Origin: Candidatus Omnitrophota bacterium
GTDB taxonomy: Bacteria; Omnitrophota; Gorgyraeia; Gygaellales; Profunditerraquicolaceae
Assembly: GCA_028712175.1 (NCBI GenBank)
Contig: JAQTQQ010000003.1
Coordinates: 7,093-71,092, forward strand
DNA length: 64,000 nucleotides
Direction: 5' to 3'
In this document: positions 39,279 through 50,849 of the stretch, piece after piece
How positions within the stretch are numbered: position 1 is the first letter of the stretch
Layout: the number at the start of each line of letters is the position of its first letter
Program-made: the position numbers and the translations under genes
Notes under the pieces: model-generated
Told to the model about the DNA's origin: nothing
Databases searched by the model: none
What the model saw: only the letters and a program-made list of their open reading frames with translations

Positions 39279-39428
39279 ATGCGCGAAACAATCACTTTAG
39301 AATGTACGGTTTGTAAAAATAGAAATTATACGACGGATAAAAACAAAAAGTTGCATCAGGATAGGCTTGAGCTTAGTAAGTTCTGCAATTCCTGTCATAA
39401 GCATACCCCGCATAAGGAAATTAAATAA
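39279..39428 (+). CDS. rpmG: 50S ribosomal protein L33
   Basis: 49-aa [52 protein letters not shown] with the L33 zinc-ribbon motifs CxxC…CxxC. It lies between tRNA-Thr and tRNA-Trp, upstream of secE-nusG. It is absent from the ORF track because it is under 60 aa. Confidence 0.85.
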   Translation: MRETITLECTVCKNRNYTTDKNKKLHQDRLELSKFCNSCHKHTPHKEIK

Positions 39429-39434
39429 TTATTT

Positions 39435-39505
39435 AGGGGCGTCGGTTAATGGCAAACCAACGGTCTCCAAAACCGTGACTGCAGGTTCAAGTCCTGCCGC
39501 TCCTG
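39435..39505 (+). tRNA. tRNA-Trp (anticodon CCA)
   Basis: Manual fold: acceptor stem AGGGGCG/CGCTCCT with one G-U pair, D-arm GGTT-AATGGCA-AACC, anticodon stem ACGGT/ACCGT with loop CTCCAAA (anticodon CCA), T-arm GCAGG-TTCAAGT-CCTGC, discriminator G. Confidence 0.8.
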
Positions 39506-39632
39506 TAGTTTTTGGGGCAGAGCGGCCGAAAAAAAATAAAGCAGGTTTCCGCCGGAGGCGGACCCGCCAAGATTTATGGCGGGCAAGTCTTGCCGCTCCT
39601 GTAGTCTATGTTTGGATAAAAATATTATAACT

Positions 39633-39824
39633 ATGAATATTTTAGCTAAACCGGTAAATTTTTTAAACGAAGTTAGGAGTGAATTAAGCAAAGTTGCCTG
39701 GTCTACAAGAAAAGAGTTAATGGCTTCAACGATCTTGGTAATTACAGTCACGGCAATTATGACAATTTTTATTGGGATAGTGGACCTTGGTTTATCCAGG
39801 TTCCTAAGCGTGGTTTTTAAATGA
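39633..39824 (+). CDS. secE: preprotein translocase subunit SecE
   Basis: 63 aa, MNILAKPVNFLNEVRSELSKVAWSTRKELMASTILVITVTAIMTIFIGIVDLGLSRFL. The KVxWP-like motif and single TM segment fit SecE. It lies directly upstream of nusG. The track ORF extends upstream through the tRNA-derived sequence to 39576 and that extension is spurious. Confidence 0.85.
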   Translation: MNILAKPVNFLNEVRSELSKVAWSTRKELMASTILVITVTAIMTIFIGIVDLGLSRFLSVVFK

Positions 39825-40348
39825 AAAGCTGGTACGTTGTTCATACTCAAACCGGAATAGAAGAGAAGGTAAAAGCGTCTTTAGAAAAGAAAATTCTGGC
39901 TAAAGGCATGCAGGATATGATCTCAAGCGTAATTATTCCTACCGAGCAGGTATCCGAAGTGCGCTCTGGGAAAAAGAAAATTACGCAAAGAAAGTTTTTT
40001 CCCGGCTACTTATTGATTGAAATGCAGCTGAGCGAAGAGACATATTTGTTTGTTAAGAATTCTCCAGGGGTTACCGGTTTTATCGGATTAGGAAGAAAAC
40101 CAGTTGCCCTCCCTCAGGAAGAAGTAGATAATATTCTTAAGCGTACCAAGGAAACCGTTGCAAAGCCCTCACCAAAGATAGTTTTTGAGAAAGGCGAGCA
40201 AGTTAGGGTCAACGAGGGCCCCTTCTTAAATTTTAACGGCACAATTGATGAAGTGTATCCGGAAAAAGGAAAAATCAAGGTAAGCGTTTCTATTTTTGGC
40301 CGTTCTACTCCGGTTGAATTGGAGTATTGGCAGGTAGAGAAGGTATAA
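39821..40348 (+). CDS. nusG: transcription termination/antitermination factor NusG
   Basis: 175 aa. NGN domain ([14 protein letters not shown]) and C-terminal KOW domain ([11 protein letters not shown]) are present. Confidence 0.9.
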   Translation: MKSWYVVHTQTGIEEKVKASLEKKILAKGMQDMISSVIIPTEQVSEVRSGKKKITQRKFFPGYLLIEMQLSEETYLFVKNSPGVTGFIGLGRKPVALPQEEVDNILKRTKETVAKPSPKIVFEKGEQVRVNEGPFLNFNGTIDEVYPEKGKIKVSVSIFGRSTPVELEYWQVEKV

Positions 40349-40349
40349 T

Positions 40350-40775
40350 ATGGCTAAACCGATTAAAGCACAGATTAAATTGCATGTTCCTGCAGCCCAG
40401 GCAAATCCAGCTCCTCCGGTTGGCCCGGCATTAGGCCAGCATGGCGTCAATATCATGCAGTTTTGTAAGCAGTTTAATGACCAGACCAAGGGCAGGGACG
40501 GTTTAATATTGCCGGTAATTATCAGCGTATATGAAGATAGGAGCTTCACCTTTATTATTAAGAGCCCGCCTTCTTCAATTTTATTAAAAAGAGCGGCAAA
40601 TCTGGCAAAAGCTTCAGGTACTAGCGGTAAAGAAACTATCGGAAAAGTAACCAAAAAGCAGGTTATTGAGATTGCAAAGCTTAAGCTTCCGGATCTTAAT
40701 ACTAATAATATGGAACAGGCAATTAAGAGTATTGAAGGAACTGCCCGGAGCATGGGTATTGCGATTGAAGGATAA
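40350..40775 (+). CDS. rplK: 50S ribosomal protein L11
   Basis: 141 aa. The motif [24 protein letters not shown] is present. Confidence 0.95.
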   Translation: MAKPIKAQIKLHVPAAQANPAPPVGPALGQHGVNIMQFCKQFNDQTKGRDGLILPVIISVYEDRSFTFIIKSPPSSILLKRAANLAKASGTSGKETIGKVTKKQVIEIAKLKLPDLNTNNMEQAIKSIEGTARSMGIAIEG

Positions 40776-40777
40776 AT

Positions 40778-41458
40778 ATGAAAAGTATCAGTAAAAGGTA
40801 TAAGGAATCGGCTAAGCAGGTAGAACCGGAGAAATTTTATCAGTTAAAAGAGGCGGTCGCCATATTAAAGAAGCTTCCTAAGCCTAAATTCGACGGTTCG
40901 GTTGATTTACATTTTAATTTAAGCGTGGATACCAAAAAGAGCGATCAGATGATCCGCGGTACGGTCGGGCTTCCGCATGGAACAGGCAAGAAGGTGCGGG
41001 TCGCAGTATTCTGTAAAGGCGAGCATGAACGACAGGCAAGAGAGGCAAAAGCAGATTTTGTCGGGGCAAATGAATTAATGGAAAAGGTTGCCGCAGGGTT
41101 TCTTGATTTTGACTGTGCAATTGCTACTCCTGAAATGATGAAAGATTTAAGTAAGTTAGGCAAGGTCCTGGGGCCGCGTGGATTAATGCCCAGCCCTAAG
41201 ACTGGCACGGTTACTAATGATATTGCAAAAGCTATTGAAGATGTAAGAAAAGGCAAAGTCGAATTTCGCGTAGATAAGCAGGGAGGCATACATCTGTCGG
41301 TTGGAAAAATTTCTTTTAGCGAGGAACAGATAAATGACAATGCCTCTAAAGTAATTGAAGCGGTTAATGAGTCAAGGCCTGCTTCGGTAAAAGGAAAATT
41401 CGTAAAAAGCCTGAATATAACTACTTCCATGAATCCCGGATTAAGGATCGTTTGTTAA
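40778..41458 (+). CDS. rplA: 50S ribosomal protein L1
   Basis: 226 aa. L1 motifs FDGSVDLHFNL and ATPEMMKDLSKLGKVLGPRGLMP are present. Confidence 0.95.
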   Translation: MKSISKRYKESAKQVEPEKFYQLKEAVAILKKLPKPKFDGSVDLHFNLSVDTKKSDQMIRGTVGLPHGTGKKVRVAVFCKGEHERQAREAKADFVGANELMEKVAAGFLDFDCAIATPEMMKDLSKLGKVLGPRGLMPSPKTGTVTNDIAKAIEDVRKGKVEFRVDKQGGIHLSVGKISFSEEQINDNASKVIEAVNESRPASVKGKFVKSLNITTSMNPGLRIVC

Positions 41459-41459
41459 G

Positions 41460-41987
41460 ATGAAAAAAATAGGATTATTAGTTAAAGAGGCGTCAGAGAA
41501 CCGCATCAAAACCTGCTTTAAATCTTCTAAAGGCTTAATCATTGTTAAATATTCCGGAGTCTCTAGCCCTGATATGAGCAATTTAAGAAAGACGCTTAAA
41601 GGATCTGGTGCCGACCTTTTTGTCGTTAAAAATAGTATCGCCAGAAGGGCAATGAAGGGATTAGGTTTAGATGATTTAATTAAATCTATCGAAACACCAT
41701 GCGGGATGATTTTCTTTAAGGATGAACCGGTTGATATTTCTAAGGTCTTATGCTCCTTCCGCAAAGAACACGAGAAGCTTGTTTTGGAAGGCGGTTTATT
41801 GCAGGATAAGTTATTGACTTTAAAAGACATAGAAACTATGAGTACGCTTCCTTCAATGGATGTGTTAAGAACCCAGGTTGTAGTTGCGTTAAATTCGCCA
41901 ATCTCTAAATTTGTAATTGTTTTAAATAAGACGCTTCAGAAATTTGTATATTGTTTGGATCAAATTAAACAAAAAAAGTCAAATTAA
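41460..41987 (+). CDS. rplJ: 50S ribosomal protein L10
   Basis: 175 aa, located between rplA and rplL. L10-like N-terminal region. Confidence 0.85.
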   Translation: MKKIGLLVKEASENRIKTCFKSSKGLIIVKYSGVSSPDMSNLRKTLKGSGADLFVVKNSIARRAMKGLGLDDLIKSIETPCGMIFFKDEPVDISKVLCSFRKEHEKLVLEGGLLQDKLLTLKDIETMSTLPSMDVLRTQVVVALNSPISKFVIVLNKTLQKFVYCLDQIKQKKSN

Positions 41988-42045
41988 CAATTTAGCTCTA
42001 AAAGGCCGGTTTGGCCTTTGGTAGGCTAAAGCTAAGGAGGAAGAA

Positions 42046-42429
42046 ATGGCAACTGCAAAAATGGAAGATTTAATCAAGTCTATTGAGACGATGAGCGTAT
42101 TGGAGCTCTCTGACCTAGTTAAGGCTTTAGAGGAGAAATTTGGCGTAAGCGCTAATGTTCCTATGGCCGCTAGCGCTCCCGCTGCAGCCGGTGGAGCTGC
42201 ACCTGCTGCTGAGGAAAAAAGTGTGTTTACTGTTGTCTTAGCCAATGCCGGCGCCAATAAGATTGCAGTGATTAAAGAGGTGCGCACAATTACTAATCTT
42301 GGCTTGAAAGAAGCTAAAGATTTAGTGGATGCTGCGCCTAAGCCAATTAAGGAAGGTGCAAATAAAGAAGAAGCTGCTGAAATTAAAAAGAAACTTGAGG
42401 CAGCCGGTGCGACCGTAGAATTAAAATAA
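42046..42429 (+). CDS. rplL: 50S ribosomal protein L7/L12
   Basis: 127 aa. Ala/Pro-rich hinge and a conserved C-terminal domain ([24 protein letters not shown]…[14 protein letters not shown]). Confidence 0.95.
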   Translation: MATAKMEDLIKSIETMSVLELSDLVKALEEKFGVSANVPMAASAPAAAGGAAPAAEEKSVFTVVLANAGANKIAVIKEVRTITNLGLKEAKDLVDAAPKPIKEGANKEEAAEIKKKLEAAGATVELK

Positions 42430-42534
42430 GTATAGGTAAGTTTGAGTAAGTTTGGATAATTATAGATAAGTAATACTAGGTAAGTTTAATTAAATATAAG
42501 TAAGTATAAGTAATTTTAGTTACCCTAAATAATT

Positions 42535-45500
42535 ATGATTAAACGAAAGAATTTTGCTAAGATTAGAGAAGTTTACGATTTACCAAACCTTTTGGATGTT
42601 CAGCTGGATACTTATCGTGAATTTCTCCAAATAGATGTATCTTGCGGAGAAAGAAAGAATCAGGGCTTGCAGGAAGTTTTCGGAGAGATTTTCCCTATTG
42701 AAAATGCAGACCGTTCGGTAAAGCTTGAATTTATAAGCTACTCTTTGGGGAAGCCAAAATATACAATGAGCGAATCAAAAAACCGCTCATTATCATATGC
42801 CGCCCCCTTAAAGGTTAAATTCCGCTTGACTACTCCTAAAGAGACAAAAGAGCAGGACGCTTATTTCGGCGAGATCCCGCTAATGACCGAGACAGGTACC
42901 TTTATTATTAACGGTGATGAACGTGTGGTGGTCAGCCAGCTGCAGCGTTCCCCCGGTGTTTCTTTTGAAGAAGAGTTACATCCTACAGGAAAGAAGATTT
43001 TTTATGGCCGGGTTATTCCTTACCGCGGGGCCTGGCTGGAATTTAAATATGACCTTACCGAAACAATTACCGCTTATGTTGACCGCCGCAGAAATTTTCC
43101 CGCAACACAAATCTTAAGGATCCTTGGGTTTTCCGAAGATAACCAGATATTTGCCGCTTTTGGAAAAGAATATCCCGAGATAACCAATACTTTAAAGAAG
43201 GATTACACAAAAAATAAGGAAGAAGCTTACCTTGATTTTTACCGTAAGATGCGGCCCACAGAGCCTGTAACTAAAGAAGCCGCAGAGAGTTTGTTTTATA
43301 GGTTATTTTTTGATCCCGCCAGATATGACTTGGAGAGAGCGGGGCGTTTTATATTAAACCGTAAATTGGATATGAATGTATCTTTGGAAAAAAGGGTACT
43401 TGATTCTGATACGGTGATTAAGGTAATTGAATACCTGATTAAGCTTAATTCCGGAACCGGTAAAATTGACGATATCGACCATTTAGGTAACCGCCGCATA
43501 AAAAGCGTCGGAGAGTTAGTGCAAAATCAGGTACGTATTGGTTTATCCCGCGTTGAGCGTTCAATTAAAGAAAGATTAAGCATTTTGGGAGAATTTGATA
43601 ATTTAAATGTGCATTATCTGATTAACTCCAAACTTTTAAGTAACCAGATCCGCGATTTCTTTGGCCGCAGCCAGTTATCCCAGTTTATGGATCAGATTAA
43701 TCCTTTGGCAGAGATGACGCATAAGCGCCGTTTGAGCGCCTTAGGCCCCGGAGGGCTTTCGCGTGAAAGGGCAGGATTTGAGGTAAGGGATATCCATCCT
43801 TCTCATTACGGCAGGGTTTGCCCCATTGAAACTCCCGAAGGTCCGAATATCGGTCTTATCGCATCCTTAAGCTGTTTTGCCCGGATTAATTCTTTAGGTT
43901 TAATTGAGACGCCATATCGCAAAGTAGAAGACGGCCGGGTAACTAAAAAATTTGAATATCTTACCGCGGATATCGAAGAAGATAAATTTATCGCTCAGGC
44001 GGATGCTTTGCTTGATACTGATGGCCGTTTTGTTGATAAATTTGTTACCTGCCGCTATAAAGATGATTTCCCGAAAGTCCCGCAAAAAGATGTCCAGTAT
44101 ATGGATGTTTCCGTAAAACAATTAGTTTCTGTCGCTGCTTCATTGATTCCTTTTCTGGAACATGATGATGCAAATCGCGCCCTTATGGGGTCAAATATGC
44201 AAAGGCAGGCTGTTCCGCTCATGATTACCGAATCTCCTTTAGTTGGTACGGATATGGAAGGTAAAGTAGCCCGGGATTCCGGTGCGGTAATTATTGCCCA
44301 GGATTCCGGAAAAGTATCCAGCGTAGATTCTTCTGCGATTACCATAGGCAAGAAAATATATCATTTGAAAAAATTCCTGCGTACTAATGCCGATACTTCA
44401 ATAAACCAAAGGCCGCTTGTAAAATTAGGCGATCATGTGGATGCCGGTAGTGTAATTGCCGATGGCATTGGCACCAAAGAAGGCGAACTGGCTTTAGGTA
44501 AAAATGTTTTGGTTGCTTTAATCCCCTGGAGAGGTTACAACTTTGAAGATGCAATCCTTATCAGCGAACGGTTGGTTAAAGCGGACACCTTTACTTCAAT
44601 TCATGTCGAAGAGTTTAATATCGAAGCTGCTGAGACAAGGCTTGGTAATGAAGAAATTACCCGCGACATCCCCAATGTTAGCGAAGAGGCATTAAGAAAT
44701 CTTGATGAAGACGGCATTATCCGTGTTGGCGCAGAAGTAGCAGCCGGAGATATCTTGGTTGGCAAGATTACTCCCAAGACTGATTCAGAGCCTAGCCCCG
44801 AAGAAAGATTATTACGCGCAATTTTCGGCGAGAAGGCAGGAGATGTGCGTGATACTTCGTTGATTGTCCCTCCGGGGGTTGAAGGGGTAGTTATTGATGT
44901 CCATGTTTTTCAGCGTAAAGACCGCGGCCGTAAAACAAAAGAAGAAAAAACCAAAGAATTAGCCAAGATCCGCGAGCTCAAAGCTTATTATAAGCAGGAG
45001 ATTGAATTCTTACAAGCCGAGAAAACTTTACGTTTATCTCAGGAATTGGGGATAGATAAGAAAAAGGTAGAAAAATTTAATTTGAATGATCATGAGGAGG
45101 CTAAAATTTTAGCTGCCTCTTTTGACGAACAGATGCAGGAACTTTTGGCAGAAGAGGAGCAGGAGATTGAAAAAGTCCGCCGAGGCGATGAATTGCCCAC
45201 CGGTATTTTGAAAAGGGTGGTAGTTTATGTTGCTACAAAGCGCAAACTTTCCGAAGGAGATAAGCTGGCCGGCCGACATGGTAATAAGGGTGTGGTTGCC
45301 AGAATTATTCCCGAAGAAAATATGCCTTATATGCCCGATGGGACCCCGGTAGATGTAGTTTTAAATCCATTAGGCGTACCTAGCCGTATGAATGTCGGCC
45401 AGATCTTGGAGTGCCATTTAGGTTGGGCGGCAAAAGTTTTAAATATAAATGTCAGCTGTCCGGTTTTTGACGGGGCCAAAGAAGGCGAAATCAAAGAGCT

Positions 45501-45939
45501 GCTTAAGAAGGCAGGTATTCCCGAAGACGGCAAGGTCACCCTTTTTGATGGTTACAGCGGAGAGCCCTTTGATCAGAAGGTTACCGTAGGCTACATGTAT
45601 ATTCTAAAACTCATCCATTTAGTAGATGAGAAGATCCATGCCCGTTCTATCGGCCCTTATTCTTTGGTCACTCAGCAGCCGTTAGGCGGGAAAGCGCAAT
45701 TCGGAGGCCAGAGATTAGGCGAAATGGAGGTTTGGGCGCTTGAAGCTTATGGCGCTGCTTTTACTTTGCAGGAAATGCTTACGGTTAAAAGTGACGATGT
45801 CAGCGGCAGGACCCGGATTTATGAAGCGATTGTCAAAGGTGAACAACGCCTGACACATGGGACTCCGGAGTCATTTAACGTTTTAATTAAAGAATTACAA
45901 GGCTTGTGCCTTGATATAAAAACAGAAAAGGCTAAATAA
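42535..45939 (+). CDS. rpoB: DNA-directed RNA polymerase subunit beta
   Basis: 1134 aa with conserved RpoB blocks ([52 protein letters not shown]). Confidence 0.95.
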   Translation: MIKRKNFAKIREVYDLPNLLDVQLDTYREFLQIDVSCGERKNQGLQEVFGEIFPIENADRSVKLEFISYSLGKPKYTMSESKNRSLSYAAPLKVKFRLTTPKETKEQDAYFGEIPLMTETGTFIINGDERVVVSQLQRSPGVSFEEELHPTGKKIFYGRVIPYRGAWLEFKYDLTETITAYVDRRRNFPATQILRILGFSEDNQIFAAFGKEYPEITNTLKKDYTKNKEEAYLDFYRKMRPTEPVTKEAAESLFYRLFFDPARYDLERAGRFILNRKLDMNVSLEKRVLDSDTVIKVIEYLIKLNSGTGKIDDIDHLGNRRIKSVGELVQNQVRIGLSRVERSIKERLSILGEFDNLNVHYLINSKLLSNQIRDFFGRSQLSQFMDQINPLAEMTHKRRLSALGPGGLSRERAGFEVRDIHPSHYGRVCPIETPEGPNIGLIASLSCFARINSLGLIETPYRKVEDGRVTKKFEYLTADIEEDKFIAQADALLDTDGRFVDKFVTCRYKDDFPKVPQKDVQYMDVSVKQLVSVAASLIPFLEHDDANRALMGSNMQRQAVPLMITESPLVGTDMEGKVARDSGAVIIAQDSGKVSSVDSSAITIGKKIYHLKKFLRTNADTSINQRPLVKLGDHVDAGSVIADGIGTKEGELALGKNVLVALIPWRGYNFEDAILISERLVKADTFTSIHVEEFNIEAAETRLGNEEITRDIPNVSEEALRNLDEDGIIRVGAEVAAGDILVGKITPKTDSEPSPEERLLRAIFGEKAGDVRDTSLIVPPGVEGVVIDVHVFQRKDRGRKTKEEKTKELAKIRELKAYYKQEIEFLQAEKTLRLSQELGIDKKKVEKFNLNDHEEAKILAASFDEQMQELLAEEEQEIEKVRRGDELPTGILKRVVVYVATKRKLSEGDKLAGRHGNKGVVARIIPEENMPYMPDGTPVDVVLNPLGVPSRMNVGQILECHLGWAAKVLNINVSCPVFDGAKEGEIKELLKKAGIPEDGKVTLFDGYSGEPFDQKVTVGYMYILKLIHLVDEKIHARSIGPYSLVTQQPLGGKAQFGGQRLGEMEVWALEAYGAAFTLQEMLTVKSDDVSGRTRIYEAIVKGEQRLTHGTPESFNVLIKELQGLCLDIKTEKAK

Positions 45940-48900
45940 TGGAAGAGATCGTCTCGTTTGATAGTATTTCAATTAAAATTGCCAGTCCTCAGGTAATTAA
46001 ATCCTGGTCTAAGGGTGATGTTAAGAAAGCCGAAACGATTAATTACCGGACACTTAAGCCGGAAAAAGACGGATTATTTTGCGAGAAAATATTCGGCCCG
46101 GTCCGCGATTGGGAATGTAACTGCGGAAAATATAAGGGAATAAAGTTTAAGGGAATTACCTGCGACCGCTGCGGTGTAACTGTCGATCGTTCAAATGTCA
46201 GGCGTGAGCGTATGGGGCATATTGAATTAGCTACTCCGGTTACGCATATCTGGTTTTTTAAAGCAGTGCCGAGCAGAATGAGCGCGCTTTTAGATATCGG
46301 TTTAAGAGACCTGGAGAGAGTTATTTATTACGAGGAGTATGTGGTTGTTGATCCCGGGACTACACCTTTAAAGAAGAAAGAGCTTTTAACCGATGAACAA
46401 TATCAGGAGGCCTTAAGCAAATACGGGTCGAATTTTAAAGCTAAAATCGGAGCTGAAGCAATTAGTGAGCTTTTGAAAGAGTTAGATTTAGATATTGTGT
46501 GCCGGAAATTGCGCAAGGATTTGGAAAAATCCAAGGATGTTTTAAATAACCGTAAAGCGATTAAAAACTTAAAGATTGTTGAAGATTTCAAGAAAAGCGG
46601 TAATAAGCCGGAATGGATGATTTTAGAAATTGTCCCGGTAATACCCCCGGATTTGCGCCCATTAGTGCCTTTAGAGGGTGGAAGGTTTGCGACAAGCGAC
46701 CTTAACGATTTGTACCGCAGGGTAATTAATCGTAATAATCGTCTCAAAAAGCTAATGGAGTTAAGCGCTCCTGAAATCATTATCCGTAATGAAAAACGCA
46801 TGCTTCAGGAAGCAGTTGATGCGCTTTTAGATAATGGGCGCCACGGCAAGCCTGTTAACGGTGCGAATAACCGTCCATTAAAATCACTTTCCGATATGCT
46901 TAAAGGAAAACAAGGCAGGTTCCGTCAGAACCTTCTTGGTAAGCGTGTAGATTATTCCGGCCGTTCGGTTATTGTTGTTGGGCCGGAATTGAAACTGCAT
47001 GAATGCGGTCTTCCAAAGCAAATGGCTTTGGAATTATTCGAGCCGTTTATCATTAAGAAATTAAGGGAAAAAGGTTTTGTGCATACGATCAAGGGGGCCC
47101 GCCGCATGGTTGAGCGCGGTAAGATTGAGGTCTGGGATATTTTGGACGAGGTGATCAAAGATCATCCTATTATGCTCAATCGTGCTCCGACATTGCACCG
47201 CTTAGGCATTCAGGCCTTTCAGCCTTTATTAATTGAAGGAAAGTCGATAAAAATACATCCTTTGGTCTGTACCGCTTTTAACGCAGACTTCGACGGTGAC
47301 CAGATGGCCGTGCATGTGCCTTTGTCATTGGAATCTCAGCTTGAAACCAAAGTACTTATTATGGCAATAAATAATATATTTTCTCCTGCTGACGGCCGGC
47401 CGGTTATTACGCCTACGCAGGATATCATCTTAGGAATGGCTTATCTAAGCAGGGAGAAAGCCGGAGGGCTCGGCGAGGGTAAGATTTTTTCAAGTGCCGA
47501 TGAAGTTTTGATAGCTTATGATGACAAGGCTGTTGATTTACATGCAAAGATAAAAATCCGGATTAACTGTTTATATAATTTTGATGAGAAAAATGTTATA
47601 AACGAAAAACAAATTATTACCACCACGGTTGGAAGGGTATTATTTAATCAGATACTGCCTCTTGAGTTTGGTTTTGTTAACTGTGATTTAAATAAAAGCA
47701 AGGTTAGTGATGTCGTAGTCAGCTGCTACAAAAGATTCGGGCATGCTGCGACTATCAAGCTTTTAGATGACATTAAGCGTTTGGGGTTTGAAATGGGCAC
47801 ATTAGGCGGAATTTCTATCGGTATAGATGATATGACTATCCCGCTGGAAAAGCCGCAAGTTTTAAAAGAGTCGAAAGAGGAGGTAGCTAAGGTTGAGGAT
47901 CAATACCGTAAAGGTATTATTACTAACAGCGAGCGTAAATCCAAGGTAATCGATATTTGGACGCATGCTACAGATAAAATTTCCGACCTCTTATTTAAAG
48001 GTATGGATTCATTTAACCCTATTTTTATGATGGCTGACTCGGGCGCCCGCGGAAGCCGCCTGCAGGTAAGGCAGCTTGCCGGTATGCGCGGACTTATGGC
48101 CAAGCCAAGCGGTGAGATAATTGAAAACCCGATTACCGCAAATTTTCGCGAAGGCTTAAATGTTCTTGAGTATTTTATTTCTACCCACGGCGCGCGTAAG
48201 GGCCTTGCAGATACTGCGCTTAAAACCGCTGATGCGGGATACTTAACCCGCAGGCTAGTTGATGTTGCTCAGGAAGTAATTGTTTGCGAAGAAGATTGCG
48301 GGACGCTTAACGGAATTACGGTAGCCGCAATTACCGAAGGCGATGAAGAGGTTGTCGGCCTTAAAGACCGTATTGTCGGAAGAGTTGCCTTAAATAATAT
48401 CGTTGACATCATAACCGACGAAATTATTGTCGAGCAGGGCAGCGAAATTACCGAAGAGAAAGTTGACAGGATCGAAAAATTAGGAATTGAAAAGATTCGT
48501 ATCCGCAGCGTTTTAACCTGCGAATCCGGAAGAGGCGTTTGCGCTAAATGTTACGGCAGAAATCTTTCTACCGGAAGGCTGGTTGAGTTAGGGGAGGCCG
48601 TAGGAGTTGTGGCGGCGCAGAGCATTGGCGAACCCGGTACGCAGTTGACCATGAGGACTTTTCATATCGGAGGTACGGCTTCTAGAACCATTGAGCAGTC
48701 GTTCATTAAAGCCAAAAATGAAGGTTTGATTAAATATCATGCTTTAAGGGTAACTCTTAAAAATAAAGAAAATGTTGTTTTAAATAGAAACGGCGCGATC
48801 AGCATTAATGACGCACAGGGCAGGGAGCTTGAGCGTTATTCGATACCGCAAGGCGCATTCATTCCATTCCTGGACGGTCAGCAGGTAAAGAAAGGTTCGT

Positions 48901-49964
48901 CATTTGTGCATTGGGACCCTTATACCTTGCCCGTACTTACTGAAGTAGCGGGCTTAGTGCGTTTCGAAGATTTACGCGAAAATATTACTATGCGCGAAGA
49001 GCTTAATCCGGTTACTAAATTAAGCGAGCGCGTAGTTGTAGAGCATAAACCCGAGTATCATCCGCAGGTGGTTATCTTAGACACTAAAAACGCAGTTTTA
49101 GGTATTTATCCTATTCCCATTGGGGCCCATATTATTGTTAAAGACGGCGAGCATGTAGGGGGCGGCGACTTATTGGCAAAGATCCCGCGTACAGTCGTTA
49201 AAACCCGCGATATTACCGGAGGCCTTCCGCGTGTAGCCGAGCTTTTTGAAGCAAGGCGCCCGAAGGATCCTGCGGTTATCAGCGAAATTGATGGCTTTGT
49301 GGAATTCGGTGAGACAAAGAAAAATCAGCGCGTAATAATTGTTAAATCCGCCACAGGTATGTCCCGCGAGTATGTCATTCCCCATGGCAAGCACCCGAAT
49401 GTTTATAAGGGTGATAAGGTTAGTGCCGGGCAGCAGCTTACTGACGGGCCGGTAGTTTTGCAGGATATTTTAAGTGTTTGCGGCGATAAGGTCTTGCAGG
49501 AATACCTGGTGAATGAAGTTCAGGAAGTTTACCGCTTGCAGGGCGTACGTATAAATGATAAGCATATTGAGGTTATTATTAGGCAGATGCTCAAAAAGGT
49601 AAGGGTTGAAGATCCCGGTGATACCGAATTTTTAGCTACACAGCAGGTAGATAAGTGGATATTTCAAAAAGAGAATACGCGTGTAATTAAAAAAGGCCAA
49701 AAACCTGCGCAGGCAACACCGCTTTTATTAGGTATAACCAAGGCATCCCTTACTACCGAGAGTTTTATTTCCGCAGCCAGTTTCCAGGAGACTACCCGTG
49801 TTTTAACTGAAGCTGCAACCAGGGGCAAAAGAGATGAACTATTTGGTTTAAAAGAAAATGTTATTGTTGGGCATTTGATTCCGGCAGGTACCGGTTTTAA
49901 AGCTCATCGCGATATTGAAGTGGAGAAAACAGTTGTCGAAAGCGCTCAGGAGAAAAAGGAATAA
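45939..49964 (+). CDS. rpoC: DNA-directed RNA polymerase subunit beta'
   Basis: 1341 aa with the Zn finger CNCGKYKG…CDRCG, the catalytic [12 protein letters not shown] motif, and the trigger loop. The start overlaps the rpoB stop in a TAATG arrangement. Confidence 0.95.
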   Translation: MEEIVSFDSISIKIASPQVIKSWSKGDVKKAETINYRTLKPEKDGLFCEKIFGPVRDWECNCGKYKGIKFKGITCDRCGVTVDRSNVRRERMGHIELATPVTHIWFFKAVPSRMSALLDIGLRDLERVIYYEEYVVVDPGTTPLKKKELLTDEQYQEALSKYGSNFKAKIGAEAISELLKELDLDIVCRKLRKDLEKSKDVLNNRKAIKNLKIVEDFKKSGNKPEWMILEIVPVIPPDLRPLVPLEGGRFATSDLNDLYRRVINRNNRLKKLMELSAPEIIIRNEKRMLQEAVDALLDNGRHGKPVNGANNRPLKSLSDMLKGKQGRFRQNLLGKRVDYSGRSVIVVGPELKLHECGLPKQMALELFEPFIIKKLREKGFVHTIKGARRMVERGKIEVWDILDEVIKDHPIMLNRAPTLHRLGIQAFQPLLIEGKSIKIHPLVCTAFNADFDGDQMAVHVPLSLESQLETKVLIMAINNIFSPADGRPVITPTQDIILGMAYLSREKAGGLGEGKIFSSADEVLIAYDDKAVDLHAKIKIRINCLYNFDEKNVINEKQIITTTVGRVLFNQILPLEFGFVNCDLNKSKVSDVVVSCYKRFGHAATIKLLDDIKRLGFEMGTLGGISIGIDDMTIPLEKPQVLKESKEEVAKVEDQYRKGIITNSERKSKVIDIWTHATDKISDLLFKGMDSFNPIFMMADSGARGSRLQVRQLAGMRGLMAKPSGEIIENPITANFREGLNVLEYFISTHGARKGLADTALKTADAGYLTRRLVDVAQEVIVCEEDCGTLNGITVAAITEGDEEVVGLKDRIVGRVALNNIVDIITDEIIVEQGSEITEEKVDRIEKLGIEKIRIRSVLTCESGRGVCAKCYGRNLSTGRLVELGEAVGVVAAQSIGEPGTQLTMRTFHIGGTASRTIEQSFIKAKNEGLIKYHALRVTLKNKENVVLNRNGAISINDAQGRELERYSIPQGAFIPFLDGQQVKKGSSFVHWDPYTLPVLTEVAGLVRFEDLRENITMREELNPVTKLSERVVVEHKPEYHPQVVILDTKNAVLGIYPIPIGAHIIVKDGEHVGGGDLLAKIPRTVVKTRDITGGLPRVAELFEARRPKDPAVISEIDGFVEFGETKKNQRVIIVKSATGMSREYVIPHGKHPNVYKGDKVSAGQQLTDGPVVLQDILSVCGDKVLQEYLVNEVQEVYRLQGVRINDKHIEVIIRQMLKKVRVEDPGDTEFLATQQVDKWIFQKENTRVIKKGQKPAQATPLLLGITKASLTTESFISAASFQETTRVLTEAATRGKRDELFGLKENVIVGHLIPAGTGFKAHRDIEVEKTVVESAQEKKE

Positions 49965-49967
49965 TCT

Positions 49968-50348
49968 ATGCCCACAATCGCCCAGTTAATCAGGTTAGGT
50001 AGGATTTCTAAGAAAAAGAAAAGTAAATCTCCGGCTCTAAAGAGCTGTCCCCAGAGAAGAGGTGTATGTATTCAGGTGCGTACTATGACGCCTAAGAAGC
50101 CTAACTCAGCATTAAGAAAAATTGCAAGGGTCAGGCTTACTACGGGTATAGAAGTTACGGCATATATTCCGGGAGAAGGCCATAATCTTCAGGAGCATTC
50201 TATTGTTATGGTAAGGGGTGGCAGGGTCAAAGATTTACCCGGCGTGCGCTACCATATTGTAAGGGGCGCTTTAGATGCTGCGGGAGTTAACGCGCGCAGA
50301 AGAAGCCGTTCTAAATATGGGGCAAAGAAGCCGAAGCCAACCAAGTAG
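49968..50348 (+). CDS. rpsL: 30S ribosomal protein S12
   Basis: Begins [12 protein letters not shown]…[10 protein letters not shown], the S12 consensus. Confidence 0.95.
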   Translation: MPTIAQLIRLGRISKKKKSKSPALKSCPQRRGVCIQVRTMTPKKPNSALRKIARVRLTTGIEVTAYIPGEGHNLQEHSIVMVRGGRVKDLPGVRYHIVRGALDAAGVNARRRSRSKYGAKKPKPTK

Positions 50349-50375
50349 TTATCGCATAAGGAGCATTGTAGAAGA

Positions 50376-50846
50376 ATGAGAAGAAGAAAAGCGCAGGAAA
50401 AAGTCATTTTAGCGGATCCAAAATATAACAGCAAAATAATTGCCAAGTTTATGAATATGGTTATGGTTGATGGCAAAAAAGCCGTAGCCGAGAATTTAGT
50501 TTATAAGGCTTTCGATATTGTGTTAAAAAACTTAAACGAACAGGATATCTTAAAAGTTTTTTATAAGGCATTAGATAATGCGCGGCCGCGTTTGGAAGTA
50601 AAGCCGCGGAGGGTGGGCGGAGCAACATACCAGGTCCCTGTTGAAGTAAGGCAGGAGCGCGGTACTTCCATTGCCTTACGCTGGATAAGGGATTTTGCCA
50701 AGAATAGAAAAGGTAAAGCTATGGAACAAAAGTTAGCCGATGAAATTATTTCAGCTTTCAAAGGGGAAGGTTCAGCAATTAAAAAGAGGGATGATACGCA
50801 TAAAATGGCCGAGTCGAATAAGGCTTATGCGCATTTTCGTTGGTAA
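50376..50846 (+). CDS. rpsG: 30S ribosomal protein S7
   Basis: 156 aa with the S7 consensus, ending in AHFRW. Confidence 0.95.
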   Translation: MRRRKAQEKVILADPKYNSKIIAKFMNMVMVDGKKAVAENLVYKAFDIVLKNLNEQDILKVFYKALDNARPRLEVKPRRVGGATYQVPVEVRQERGTSIALRWIRDFAKNRKGKAMEQKLADEIISAFKGEGSAIKKRDDTHKMAESNKAYAHFRW

Positions 50847-50849
50847 GCT

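Noticed and set aside
39367-39630. 87-aa ORF on + strand between rpmG and secE
   Set aside because: It reads straight through tRNA-Trp (39435-39505) and the tRNA-3'-end duplicate. The true genes here are the tRNA and SecE, which starts at 39633.
41988-42045. Hairpin aaaggccggtttggccttt between rplJ and rplL as a terminator
   Set aside because: No T-tract follows it, and this spacer is normally co-transcribed. It is more likely an mRNA structural or processing element, so I did not list it as a feature.
42914-43117. 67-aa + strand ORF overlapping rpoB in another frame
   Set aside because: It lies inside the highly conserved rpoB coding sequence, so an alternative-frame product is implausible.
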